A DNA stretch of 64,000 bases from Heterodontus francisci (taxonomy: Eukaryota), in NCBI RefSeq assembly GCF_036365525.1, contig NW_027140453.1, forward strand, positions 1,240,001-1,304,000. Reading direction: 5' to 3'. A program made the position numbers and the translations under genes. Shown one piece after another: positions 11,331 to 24,900 of this stretch (the first letter of the stretch is position 1; the number at the start of each line of letters is the position of its first letter). Under the pieces are notes generated by a model. The model had not been told where the DNA came from, did no database searches, and worked only from the letters and a program-made list of their open reading frames with translations.

Positions 11331-13344
11331 CCATGAATAATGCTTGTGGTTAATCTGCGTATCAGGATATTTTTATTGACAAACCGCTAACTTATCCATC
11401 TCATTTTCAGAAATTATATTCCGATATCCCTAGGTCGAGCAATCCCCACCTTCCTGGAATGCACTGTCTCATAACTGCATTCAATTCACGTACTTTGGTC
11501 TAACGAAGGCGCAGCAGGAATTCCCAGGCGCTGGGGCCGAGCTTTCAGCTGAAACTTGGTCCAACTGGTGGATGGTCCATCGAGCTGACTGAGACTGTCA
11601 CTGGTGTCACAGTGAATCTCAAGAATAAGGTTTATCCGGCATCTCTCAGATCTGTACTCTCTGAATTAAACTGTGTTGGGTTCTAGCACTAAGCTAAACA
11701 GGGCACTGGTATGGAAGGCTGCATTCTGAAGAGGCAGGCTTAGGAATGCAGGATTTGCTAGATGCCAAAAAAACCCAGGACACCTCGTTCACCTTCTGGT
11801 ATCCTTGTGGACCAATAATGTCGTTGTTGATGATGGTGGCCTTTGTAACAGCAGTTGTTCTGTTCCGGGGCGGGTATTCCAGCAATGATGCTCACCATAA
11901 AGCTGCTGGATTGGCGGAAAGAGCCACCTGGTTCAGTGATATCCTTTAGGGAAGGGATTTCGCCTCCCTCACCCTGTCTGGACTCACAGTGACTCCAGAC
12001 CCCGGCAGCAGTGCTGTTCACCCTTCATTGCCCTGAGGAATGGGCCTAGTCAGCCACGCAGTTGCATTCAAGAAGAAGTCTGCTCAACATCGGTTAGACT
12101 TGGGAATAAACGTAGCCCTCGCCAGCCCTCATCCCGTCACAGAACAGAAATAAACCAATTGTGGTGACTTGATCTACAACAGGGCCCATGCATGAGGTGG
12201 GGAAAGCACCAAAATGTCAAGCCCAAAGTCCCTGTTCCTCCCAAGCAGGCAGCTCTTGTCACATGTCATGTCTCAAATCAATCATCGACTGCATCCCAAA
12301 AATGTTCCTCACTGAAGGAAATCTATCAAATCTGGATATGGATGGATCAATACCACGGGGCAAACACAGTCTTAGGGCCCCTATTGAAAAAGGAATGACC
12401 GGTGTCTCATTGACATACCTCCACATGTCATGTTAAACCTCTTCAACACTGACCTGTTCAGATGATAACCAGCCTGCTCTTGACAGAATTCCCTGGCGTT
12501 CTGGGAGGAATTTGTCCCAGGGCAGTTCCTACTCCAACACAGCCATATAAGTAGGGTTTGCTTGACTGGAACCCGGTCTGCAGTGAGAATGCACCCATAG
12601 AGATAACAGATAAGGTTCACAGACTCCCAATAGCTTTGTTGTCACGCTTCATATGCCAAAGGGTGGAGAATAGTTTTACTTTTATTAAATAAAGGCAATG
12701 ATGTCAAGTTGTTCCTTTCTGATCTGTCCACATTTTGGCATCACAGAAAGATTCAACAGAAAGGAGATCATCCCGCCTCTGCTTGCTTTTGTGAAAAAAT
12801 CTATCCAGTTAGTCCCACTCTCCTGCCCTTTTGCCATAGCCCTGGAAATCTTCTGCTCCAAGGATCTATCCAATTCCCTTTTGAAAGCTGAATCCCATTC
12901 CACTGCCCTTTCAGGCGATGTGTTCCAGATCATTAATACCCGTCCCAGTCAGAATCATTCTCCTCGTCCCGCTTCTGCTTCTTTTGCCACTGACCCTAAA
13001 TCAGCACCTCCCTGGTGAGCGACCTTCCTGCCACAGAAAACAGCTTCGCTCTGTTCAATTTATCAAAACCCTTCCTGATTTCCAACACCACCTTCCTCTG
13101 GGTCCCTTAACTTTCTCTGCTCTGATTATAATTCATTCCGATTGCCTGGAAATTGCACTGAAATCGACAAACTTCCCTTATCAAGATCTGTTGGCCCGTA
13201 ACTGGCTTCAGGGTTTGCCATGACGAGACTTCATGGTCAAGTGAAACACGGGATAGACCAGAAGAGAAAGATAATATTTTAGACCGTATGTGCTGTGATG
13301 ACACAATGACCTGACACTGCAAACGCGCAGGAACCACTTACATC

Positions 13345-13990
13345 AGAACATTAGAAAATAGGAGCAGGAGTAAGCCATTCGGCCCGCCGTGTCTGCTCCT
13401 CCACGTAATGAAGATCTTGAGGATCTGCTACCTTCACTCCACTTCCCCGCCATATTCCTACATCCCTGGATTCCCTTGGTGCCTAAAATCTATGGATCTC
13501 ATGTCTTCAATATTTTCATTGACTGAGAATCCAAAGCTCTCCGAATTCCAAAGAGTCATAACCCTCTGAGTGAAGACATTCCTCCTCATCTAAGTACGAT
13601 AGACGACCCCTTATCCTGAAGCTTCGACCCCTTATTTCTAGGTTCTCCAGCCAGGGGGGAAACAGCCTCTCAGTGTGTCCCCTGTCAAACCCTCTCATCA
13701 TCTTGTACGTTTCAAATGGATCACCTCTGATTCTTCCAGAGAATAACAGCCCATTCGACTCAATTTCTCCTCATTGGGCAGCCTTCTCCTCCGAGGAACC
13801 AATTGAGTGAACCTTCGTTGCAACCTCCGCTGAGGCAAATACATGCTTCAGTAGATAAGGAAAGCAACACTCTATACAACACTATAGGTGTGTTGTTACC
13901 AAAGTCCTAACTAGCTGCAGAAGAATTTTCTTACTCTTATGTTTCAAACGCCTTATAATAAAAGCTAACATGTTACTCGCCTTCCTAATT
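13345..13990 (-). mobile_element. Decayed CR1-clade LINE 3' fragment
   Basis: Tail AGAAAATAGGAGCAGGAGTAAGCCATTCGGCCC followed by degenerate ORF2 C-terminal sequence. Confidence 0.7.
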
Positions 13991-14735
13991 CCTTGCTGTA
14001 CATTGATGTAAAATTATTCTGGTTCATATACACGAGTCCCTCTTGCAGTATCAATAATGAGAAGAATGTTGCTATTGAAATTACTCACCCTGTTGCTCGA
14101 CCACTTTTGCTACAGCCCCAGATATTTTCAGATTGGACTGGAGTTCCCGAAATCTACAACATGCCGTCATTTCTTTTTCTTGGCTTTTATTAAGTGGAAG
14201 ACTTTTAATGGGCTCCCGGCGCTAAGATTTCCCCCAGTCTTTACGGATTAGTGATGCTGTTCACATTTCCAACCTGCATTATGCGAGTGAAGTCGAAAGT
14301 GAGTTCCTGAGCTAATGTGCTCTCTAATTATTGAAGCAAAATTGCAGGGATGCAGATCAGAAGTCTTTTCCACGTGCCAACAAGATAGTAACCCTTTACT
14401 TGCAGGCTCCAAGATCAAGCAGCGTTATAAAACTCCCGGTCGGCACCCTGTCTCGAAATACCAATGTGAGGTGAATTCACATAACCAGGAATGAATTCCA
14501 ACTGATGCATCTTAGATCCAATATTGGTAGCGGAGGGGTGGGTGGAGGGAGGGGGGGAGTTTTGCTCCACTTGTCACCATCTGGTTATCTTTGCACATGG
14601 CAATAAATAATCCTACGTCTCACTGGAAGTAGGTAGCATTGATCATACTCCGGCTGCGACTCGGTAACGCCAGATGAATGATCCAAATGGTAAATGGTGA
14701 TGAAAATCATTCAGGCTCCATCGTATTGCCTCTGC

Positions 14736-14754
14736 GGCCGCCAGAGGGCGCGAT
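14736..14754 (+). promoter_or_regulatory. Candidate CTCF-binding element in the V-D interval
   Basis: GGCCGCCAGAGGGCGC closely matches the CTCF core and lies in a CpG-retaining, non-repetitive patch. Confidence 0.65.
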
Positions 14755-15289
14755 CACTCGCTGAATGGAAATTCATTGTCTGACATCTGATCGAACTCGA
14801 TTTGCAGCCCCGGGTTCTGCGTAGTACTGCGCCAACTGAGAATGACCAGATAATATGTTTTAGTAAAGTTGGTTGAGGGATGACTATTGTGCCTGGAAAC
14901 CCTGGAGAATGCCCCTGTTATTCTCCGAAATAGTGGCTTTGGAATCCTACCCGTCTGCAGTGGGGGCCTCGTTTTAACATCTCAGCCAAAATAAAGAGAG
15001 TAACTCGGTGCGACACCTCCACACGGTGCAGCACTTTCTCTGTCCTGCACTGGGGGTGTCAGCCTAGATTTTGTGCTTAAATCTCTGTACAGGGTCTTCA
15101 ACCCACAAACCTCCGACTCAGTGCCGAGGTGCTCCCCACTAAACTACAGCTGATATATAAAGACACATCAGAGGAAGTGGTCAGTCACACAGGATACTTT
15201 GAGGTTCTCCCATCTGCAGAGATGATGAATACGACACGGCCTTTTGAAACAGCCAGCACTCTGTAGACGAATCAGAAAACCAAGAGTCG

Positions 15290-16430
15290 GATACACATTT
15301 TTTGATGAGGTAACAGAGAGGGTTAATGAGGGTAATGCGGTTGATGTGGTGTACATGAACTTCAAAAAAAGCGTTTGTTAAAGTACTACATAACAGGCTT
15401 GTCAGCAAAGATAAAGCCCATGGAATAAAAGGGGCATTAGCAACATGGATACAAAGTGACAGGGAGCAGAGTAGTGGTAAACAGTTGTTGTTCAGACTGG
15501 AGGAAGGTATATAGTGCGGTTCTCCAGGGGCCACTGTTTTTCTTGATCGATATTAATGACCTAGACTTGGGTGGGCAGGGCACAATTTCAAACTTTGCAG
15601 ATGACACAAAACGTGGAAGTATTATGAACCGTGAGGAGGATGGTGATAGATTTTAAGAGGATGTAGAATGGCTGGTGGAATGGGCGGGCAAATAGCAAAT
15701 GCAGTTTATTACATAAAAGTGTGAAGTGTTTCATTTTGGTGGTGAAAACGAGGAGAGACAATCTCAAATAAAGGATACAATTCTAAAGGTGGTGCAGGAA
15801 CAGAGAGACCTGGGGGGTATATCAATGTAAATTACTCAAGATGACAGGGCAAGTTGAGGAAGTGGTTAATAAGGCCGACTGAATCCTGGGCTTTATCAAT
15901 CGAGGCATCAAATTAAAAAGAAAAACAAAGAGGTTATGGCGAACTTCTACATAACACGGGTTCTACCTCAACTGGAATATTACACCCAATTCTGGACACC
16001 ACACTTTAAGAAGGATGTAAAGGGTGCAGAAATGTTTTAAGAGATTGGTTCCAGAGATGAGGGGGCTTCAGTTACGTGGATAGATTGGAGAAGCTGGGGT
16101 GGTTCTCCATAGAGAAGAGAAACTTGAGATTAGACTTGATAGGGTTGTTCCAAATCATGAGGGGTGCGGACAGAGTAGATAGAGAGAATCTGTTCTCATT
16201 GGCAGAAGTCTGGAGAACCAGGGGACACCAGTTTAAGGTAAACGGCAAAAAAACCCAAACAAACAAACGTGACAGGGGAAAACCCTTTTCAACACAGTGA
16301 GTGTTATGATCTGCGATGCACTGCCTGACAGTGCGATGGAGATAGAGTCAATCGAGGTCCAGGATAATTACCTGAAGAGAAACAAAAATTTACAGGACTA
16401 CAGGGAAAAGGCCGGGGAATGGGACAAGCT
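15290..16430 (+). mobile_element. Decayed CR1-clade LINE reverse-transcriptase fragment
   Basis: LQGPLFFLIDINDLD...ISNFADDTK and RLEKLGWFSIEKR..LDLI motifs. Confidence 0.85.
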
Positions 16431-17132
16431 GAGTTGTTAGACTGGTGGTGATGTTACTGGACCAGTAAGCCAACAGCCCGGGCTGGCGCTTTGGTAGTCG
16501 CGAGTTCAAACCCCACTGCAGCCTTCAGAAGAGTTGAAGTTCAATTGATTGAGATAAAGTACCAGTGACATGAATTATGACCATGAAACTACCTGATTGT
16601 TGTTGGTTCTCTAATGTCCCACAGGAAAACATTTGCCCTACTTACCCCCTTCTACCTGACTCCTGGTCCACATCAATGTAGTTATCACTTAACTGTTCTC
16701 CCAGTGCCACTCAGTTGCATCAAGTGACGACAGGCAAGTGCTGAAAATTGGAGCAACAAAACGCGAAATCCCGGTCGTGACAAATTCCAGTTACTTTTTC
16801 TGTGACCAGTTTAGTTCGTGTCTACCCGTAGAAGGAACATAAAGCGAAACTGCCGGCAGAATCAGTTTCTGGAGGACATGCTCCAAGTCCTGGACCTCCT
16901 GTTCACAAATGTGACTTGCATTTATACAGCGACTTCAGCGTCCGTAGAGAAAACGTCCCGAAAACGGTCCGGTTTGGAGGAGAGGGTGGTGGAGAGGGTT
17001 AGGGAGGGAATTGCAGAGCTGATGTCGCTGTCAGAGGAAGGAACGGCCGAGAAATGAAGAAGCGATCAGGGTTAGTGGAGCAATATCACCACCTACCGCC
17101 CATCGATCGCCAATGCAGCCAACTTGGTCAAT

Positions 17133-17517
17133 TCAGTACTGAGGGGGTGTTGCACTGTTGGAGGGTCAGTACCGAGGGAGTGCTGCACTGTCAGAGGGTT
17201 AGTACAGAGGGAGTGCTGCACTGTTGGAGGGTCAGTACCGAGGGAGTGCTGCACTGTCAGAGAGTCAGTACTGAAGGAGTGCTGCATTGTTGGAGGGTCA
17301 GTACTGAGGGAGTGCTGCACTGTCAGAGGGTCAGTACTGTGGGAGTGCTGCACTGTTGGAGGGTCAGTACTGCGGGAGCACTGCACTTTCAGAGGATCAG
17401 TACTGAGGAAGTGCTGCACTGTCAGAGGGTCATTACTGAGGGAGCACTGCACTGTCAGAGGGTCATTACTGAGGGAGCACTGCACTGTCAGAGGGTCAGT
17501 ACTAAGGGAGTGCTGCA
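17133..17517. repeat. 33-bp minisatellite, about 12 copies, from a Deu-type SINE core
   Basis: Unit CAGTACTGAGGGAGTGCTGCACTGTCAGAGGGT, running on into TGAGATGTTAAACC SINE-core-like sequence. Confidence 0.85.
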
Positions 17518-18429
17518 TTTTCACCTGAGATGTTAAACCAGCGGCTGGTTTGCCTTCTCAGGTGAGATGCACTATATCCCTTGGTCTGTGCCGTGAGGCA
17601 AATAGCAAAGAAGCAGCCCATTCGGCCCAACACATTCATGCTGGTGTTCATCCTCCACTCGAGCTTCCTCGCTCCCGTCTTCATCTCTTCCCATCAATAG
17701 ATCCTTCTAAATCTCCTTCCCCCTATTTATGTACCTAGCTTCCCTCTTGGATACATCTCCGCTATTCGCCTTATCCCACTCCCTACATCCTCCCACTCTC
17801 TGGGTAAAGAATTTTCTCCTGAATTCCCGATTTTATTTATTAGTGACTATCTTCTGTTGATGTTTCGGAGTTCCTGACTCCCCCACCAGTGAAAACATCT
17901 TTTTCACGTCTACCCTATCCAAAGCCCTTTCATAATCTTAAAGCCCTCCATCAGATCACCCCCTCAGCCTTCTCTTTCCAGCTCTTCCTGATAACTATAA
18001 CCTCTCAGTTCTGATATCATCCTTGTCATTACTTTTTTGCCCCTTCTCCTGTATCTCTATATCTCTTAAAATGAATAACAGAACTGTGAAAAGTGCTCTA
18101 ACTGTGGTCTAAGGAAGATTCTATACAAGTTGAACATGACTTCTCATCGCTCTATAATGTCCAGGGAACTTTTAGAAGCAGCAATGGATTCCTACTTTGT
18201 GCCATGTTTGCAAAAGGACAAAGGGAAATGTACTTACTTTGATGACTCCATAATGGCCTTTCTTTGAAAATGTTTTGTGCCCATATCCCAATCCTTCATT
18301 CAACGTCCACCTTTATTGTTAGACATTTTTGGAACCTCTTCAACCCAGAAACTCGCGTCACTTTCATCTGAAGAGCAAGCAGCAGAAGAACAGAACAAAA
18401 GAGTAAAACCCTCAATGTTGTGGCTGAGG

Positions 18430-18750
18430 ACCAGGTGCATGGGCGATGGGTGTTGGTGTGCAGACAAATCAGCTGAAATGATAACAGCACTGCGCACATC
18501 AACAGAACACCTGGGAACTTGCACACCCCTAGTTTGGAAGACCTTGGACTCTCTGAGTGATAGGTGAAGAGACTGCAGTGTGCACAATTTACTGGATACA
18601 GTAAGTGCGTTCTATCTGAGGACCCGTAGCCGGTGCTTCTTGAGATCCTACAGGTTGTGGAGGGACAATGCAGGGAAAGAAAAGGGTAAGGGACGGAGGC
18701 AGGGATTGGGATAAGGGGTGCAACAGAGGGAGGGAATTGAGAGGGACAGA
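18430..18750 (+). promoter_or_regulatory. Block conserved upstream of both D segments (candidate D-beta germline promoter, copy 1)
   Basis: Aligns with 40848-41150; contains the E-boxes CAGGTG, CAGCTG and CACCTG and the GATA motifs TGATAA and TGATAG. Confidence 0.45.
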
Positions 18751-18756
18751 AAGAAA

Positions 18757-18923
18757 NNNNNNNNNNNNNNNNNNNNNNNNNNNNNNNNNNNNNNNNNNNN
18801 NNNNNNNNNNNNNNNNNNNNNNNNNNNNNNNNNNNNNNNNNNNNNNNNNNNNNNNNNNNNNNNNNNNNNNNNNNNNNNNNNNNNNNNNNNNNNNNNNNNN
18901 NNNNNNNNNNNNNNNNNNNNNNN
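18757..18923. other. Assembly gap (N run)
   Basis: 167 Ns. The paralogous position near D2 is a purine-rich microsatellite. Confidence 0.99.
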
Positions 18924-21900
18924 GAATGGCCTCCTCCTGTTCCGGTGCAACAGGTTCAAGAGGGGCTAAAGTGCCTCCTCCTGTTCCTGTGTAACAGGCT
19001 CTCGAGGGGCTGAATGTCTTCCTCCTGTTACTGTGTAAAAGATTGGAGAGGGGCTGAGTGTCCTCCTCCTGTTCCAGTGTAACAGACTGGAGAGTGGCTG
19101 AATGTCCGCCTCCTGTTCCTTTGCAACAGACCGGAGAGGGGCTGAATGTCCTAATCCTGTTCCTGTGTAACAGACTGGAGAGGGGCTGACTGTCCTCCTC
19201 CTGTTCCTGTATAACAGGCTCCAGAGGGGCTGAATGTCCACCTCCTGTTCCTGTGTAACAGACTGGAGAGGGGCTGAATGTCCTCCTCCTGTTCCTCTGT
19301 AACAGACTGGAGAGGGGCTGAATGTCCTCCTCCTGTTACTGTGTAACAGACTCTCGAGGGGCTGAATGTCCTCCTCCTGCTCCTGTCCAACAGAGCGGAG
19401 AGGGTTTGAATGTCCTCCTCCTGCTCCTGAGTAACAGACTCGAGTGGGGCTGAATGTCCTCCTCCTGCTCCTGTCTAACAGACTGGAGAGGGGCTGAATG
19501 TCCTCCTCCTGCTACTGTCTAACAGACTGGAGAGGGGCTGAATGTCCTCCTCCCGTTCCTGTATAACAGGCTCCAGAGGGGCTGAATGTCCTCCTCCTGT
19601 TCCAGTGTAACAGACTGGAGAGGGGCAGAATGTCTTCCTCCTCTTCCTGTGTAACAGCCTGGAGAGGGGCTGAAAGTCCTCCTCCTGTTTCTATGTAACA
19701 GACTGGAGAGGGGCTGAATGACCTCCTCCTGCTCCTGTCCAACAGATGGAGAGGGGCTGAATGTCCTCCTCCTGTTCCTGTATAACAGGCTCCAGAGGGG
19801 CTGAATGTCCCCCTCCTGCTCCTGTCTAACAGACTGGAGAGGGGCTGAATGTCTTCCTCCTGCTCCTGTGTAACAGACTCGAGTGGGGCTGAATGTCCTC
19901 CTCCTGCTCCTGTCCAACAGACTGGAGAGGGGCTGAATGTCCTCCTCCTGCTCCTGTCTAACAGACTGGAGAGGGGCTGAATGTCCTCCTCCTGTTCCTG
20001 TGTAACAGGCTCCAGAGGGGCTGAATGTCCTCCTCCTGCTCCTGTCTAACAGACTCGAGAGTGGCTGAATGTCCTTCTCCTGTTCCAGTGTAACAGACTC
20101 GAGAGGGGCTGAATGTCTTCCTCCTGTTCCTGTGTAACAGACTGGAGAGGGGCTGAATGTCCTCCTCCTGCTCCTGTCTAACAGACTGGAGAGGGGCTGA
20201 ATGTCCTCCTCCTGTTCCTGTAGAACAGGCTCCAGAGGGGTTGAATGTCCTCCTCCTGCTCCTGTCCAACAGACTCGAGAGTGGCTGAATGTCCTCCTCC
20301 TGTTCCAGTGTAACAGACTCGAGAGGGGCTGAATGTCTTCCTCCTCTTCCTGTGTAACAGACTGGAGAGGGGCTGAATGTCCTCCTCCTGTTCCTGTATA
20401 ACAGGCTCCAGAGGGTCTGAATGTCCTCCTCCTGCTCCTGTCCAACAGACTCGAGATTGGCTGAATGTCCTCCTCCTGTTCCAGTGTAACAAACACGAGA
20501 GGGGCTGAATGTCTTCCTCCTCTTCCTGTGTAACAGACTGGAGAGGGGCTGAATGTCCTCCTCCTGTTCCTGTGTAACAGACTGGAGAGGGACTGAATGT
20601 CCTCCTCCTGTTCCTGTGTAACAGACTAGAGAGGGGCTGAATGTCCTCCTCCTGTTCCTGTGTAACAGAATGGAGATGGGCTGAATGTCCTCCTCCTGTT
20701 CCTGTATAGCAGACAGGAGAGGGGCTGAATGTTAACCTCCTGTTCAAATGTAACAGACTGGAGAGGGGCTGAATGTCCTCCTCCTGTTCCTGTGTTTCAG
20801 ACTGGAGAGGGGCTGAATGTCCTCCTCCTGTTCATATGTAACATACTGGAGAGGGGCTGAATGTCCTCCTCCTGTTCCTGTGTAGCAGACTGGAGAAGGG
20901 CTGAATGTCCTACTCCTGCTCCTGTCTAACAGAGCGGTGAGGGTTTGAATGTCCTCCTCCTGCTCCTGTGTAACAGACTCGAGTGGGGCTGAATGTCCTC
21001 CTCCTGCTCCTGTCTAACAGACTGGAGAGGGGCTGAATGTCCTCCTCGTGCTACTGTCTAACAGACTGGAGAGGGGCTGAATGTCCTCCTCCTGTTCCTG
21101 TATAACAGGCTCCAGAGGGGCTGAATGTCCTCCTCCTGCTCCAGTCTACAGACTGGAGAGTGACTGAATGTCCTCCTCCTGTTCCAGTGTAACAGACTGG
21201 AGAGGGTCTGAATGTCTTCCTCCTCTTCCCGTGTAACAGACTGGAGAGGGGCTGAATGTCCTCCTCCTGATCCAATGTAACAGACTGGAGAGGAGCTGAA
21301 TGTCCTCCTCCTGCTCCTGTATAACAGGCTCCAGAGGGTCTGAATGTCCTCCTCCTGCTCCTGTCCAACAGACTCGAGATTGGCTGAATGTCCTCCTCCT
21401 GTTCCAGTGTAACAAACACGAGAGGGGCTGAATGTCTTCCTCCTCTTCCTGTGTAACAGACTGGAGAGGGGCTGAATGTCCTCCTCCTGTTCCTATGTAA
21501 CAGACTGGAGAGGGACTGAATGTCCTCCTCCTGTTCCTGTGTAACAGACTAGAGAGGGGCTGAATGTCCTCCTCCTGTTCCTGTGTAACAGACTGGAGAT
21601 GGGCTGAATGTCCTCCTCCTGTTCCTGTATAGCAGACAGGAGAGGGGCTGAATGTTAACCTCCTGTTCAAATGTAACAGACTGGAGAGGGGCTGAATGTC
21701 CTCCTCCTGTTCCTGTGTTTCAGACTGGAGAGGGGCTGAATGTCCTCCTCCTGTTCATATGTAACATACTGGAGAGGGGCTGAATGTCCTCCTCCTGTTC
21801 CTGTGTAGCAGACTGGAGAAGGGCCGAATGTCCTACTCCTGCTCCTGTCTAACAGAGCGGTGAGGGTTTGAATGTCCTCCTCCTGCTCCTGTGTAACAGA

Positions 21901-24900
21901 CTCGAGTGGGGCTGAATGTCCTCCTCCTGCTCCTGTCTAACAGACTGGAGAGGGGCTGAATGTCCTCCTCGTGCTACTGTCTAACAGACTGGAGAGGGGC
22001 TGAATGTCCTCCTCCTGTTCCTGTATAACAGGCTCCAGAGGGGCTGAATGTCCTCCTCCTGCTCCAGTCTACAGACTGGAGAGTGACTGAATGTCCTCCT
22101 CCTGTTCCAGTGTAACAGACTGGAGAGGGTCTGAATGTCTTCCTCCTCTTCCCGTGTAACAGACTGGAGAGGGGCTGAATGTCCTCCTCCTGATCCAATG
22201 TAACAGACTGGAGAGGGGCTGAATGTCCTCCTCCTGCTCCTGTCCAACAGACTGGAGAGGGGCTGAATGTCCTCCTCCTGTGCCTGTACAACAGGGTCCA
22301 GAGGGGCTGAATGTCCTCCTCCTGCTCCTGTCTAACAGACTCGAGAGTGGCTGAATGTCCTCCTCCTCTTTCTGTGTAACAGACTGGAGAGGGGCTGAAT
22401 GTCCTCCTCCTGTTCCTATGTAACAGACTCGAGAGGGGCTGAATGTCCTCCTCCTGCTCCTGTGTAACAGACTCGAGTGGGGCTGAATGTCCTCCTCCTA
22501 CTCCTGTCTAACAGACTGGAGAGGGGCTGAATGTCCTCCTCCTGCTCCTGCCTAACAGACTGGAGAGGTGCTGAATGTCCTCTTCCTGTTCCTGTATAAC
22601 AGGCTCCAGAGGGGCTGAATGTCCTCCTCCTGCTCCTGTCTAACAGACTCGAGAGTGGCTGAATGTCCTCCTCCTGTTCCAGTGTAACAGACTCGAGAGG
22701 GGCTGAATGTCTTCCTCCGCTTCCTGTGTAACAGACTGGAGAGGGGCTGAATGTCCTCCTCCTGTTCCTATGTAACAGACTGGAGAGGGGCTGAATGTCC
22801 TCCTCCTGCTCCTGTCTAACAGACTGGAGAGGGGCTGAATGTCCTCCTCCTGTTCCTGTAGAACAGGCTCCAGAGGGGCTGAATGTCCTCCTCCTGCTCC
22901 TGTCCAACAGACTCGAGAGTGGCTGAATGTCCTCCTCCTGTTCCAGTGTAACAGACTCGAGAGGGGCTGAATGTCTTCCTCCTCTTCCTGTGTAACAGAC
23001 TGGAGAGGGGCTGAATGTCCCCCTCCTGTTCCTATGTAACAGACTGGAGAGGGGCTGAATGTCCTCCTCCTGCTCCTGTCCAACAGACTCGAGAGTGGCT
23101 GAATGTCCTCCTCCTGTTCCAGTGTAACAGACTCGAGAGGGGCTGAATGTCTTCCTCCTCTTCCTGTGTAACAGACTGGAGAGGGGCTGAATGTCCTCCT
23201 CCTGTTCCTATGTAACAGACTGGAGAGGGGCTGAATGTCCTCCTCCTGTTCCTGTATAACAGGCTCCAGAGGGGCGGAATGTCCTCCTCCTGCTCCTGTC
23301 CAACAGACTCGAGAGTGGCTGAATGTCCTCCTCCTGTTCCAGTGTAACAAACACGAGAGGGGCTGAATGTCTTCCTCCTCTTCCTGTGTAACAGACTGGA
23401 GAGGGGCTGAATGTCCTCCTCCTGTTTTTGTGTAACAGACTGGAGAGGGACTGAATGTCCTCCTCCTGTTCCTGTGTAACAGACTAGAGAGGTGCTGAAT
23501 GTCCTCCTCCTGTTCCTGTGTAACAGACTGGAGATGGGCTGAATGTCCTCCTCCTGTTCCCGTGTAGCAGACAGGAGAGGGGCTGAATGTTACCCTCCTG
23601 TTCAAATGTAACAGACTGGAGAGGGGCTGAATGTCCTCCTCCTGTTCCTGTGTTTCAGACTGGAGAGGGGCTGAATGTCCTCCTCCTGTTCATATGTAAC
23701 ATTCTGGAGAGGGGCTGAATGTCCTCCTCCTGTTCCTGTGTAGCAGACTGGAGACGGGCTGAATGTCCTCCTCCTGTTCCTGTGTTACAGACTGGAGAGG
23801 GGCTGAATGTCCTCCTCCTGTTCCTGTGTAACAGACTGGAGAGGGGCTGAATGTCCTCCTCCTGTTCCTGAGTAACAGACTGGAGAGGGGCTGAATGTCC
23901 TCCTCCTGTTCCTGTGTAACAGACTGGAGAGGGGCTGAATGTCCTCCTCCTGTTCCTGTGTAACAGACTGGAGAGGGGCTGAATCTCCTCCAGCTGTTCC
24001 TGTGAAGCAGACAGAAGAGGGGCTGAATGACCTCCTCCTGTTCCTGTGTAACAGACTAGTGAGGGGCTGAATGTCCTCCTCGTGTTCCTGTGTAACAGAC
24101 TGGCGAGGGGCTGAATGTCTTCCTACTGTTCCTGTGTAACAGACTGGAGAGCGGCTGAATGTCCTCCTCCTGTTCCTGTGTAATAGACTGGAGAGGGGCT
24201 GAATGTCCTCCTCCTGTTGCTGTGTAACAGACTGGCGAGGGTCTGAATGCCCTCCTCCTGTTCCTGTGTAACAGACTGGAGAGCAGCTGAATGTCCTCCT
24301 CCTGTTCCTGTGTAGCAGACTGGAGAGGGGCTGAATGTCCTCCTCCTGTTCATATGTAACATACTGGAGAGGGGCTGAATGTCCTCCTCCTGTTCCTGTG
24401 TAGCAGACTGGAGACGGGCTGAATGTCCTCCTCCTGTTCCTGTGTTACAGACTGGAGAGGGGCTGAATGTCCTCCTCCTGTTCCTGTGGAACAGACTGGA
24501 GCGGGGCTGAATGTCCTCCTCCTGTTCCTGAGTAACAGACTGGAGAGGGGCCGAATGTCCTCCTCCTGTTCCTGTGTAACAGACTGGAGAGGGGCTGAAT
24601 GTCCTCCTCCTGTTCCTGTGTAACAGACTGGAGAGGGGCTGAATCTCCTCCAACTGTTCCTGTGAAGCAGACAGAAGAGGGGCAGAATGACCTCCTCCTG
24701 TTCCTGTGTAACAGACTAGTGAGGGGCTGAATGTCCTCCTCGTGTTCCTGTGTAACAGACTGGCGAGGGGCTGAATGTCTTCCGACTGTTCCTGTGTAAC
24801 AGACTGGAGAGCGGCTGAATGTCCTCCTCCTGTTCCTGTGTAATAGACTGGAGAGGGGCTGAATGTCCTCCTCCTGTTGCTGTGTAACAGACTGGCGAGG

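Noticed and set aside
17054-17536. Overlapping Cys/His-rich ORFs of 134-160 aa
   Set aside because: They are translations of the 33-bp minisatellite.
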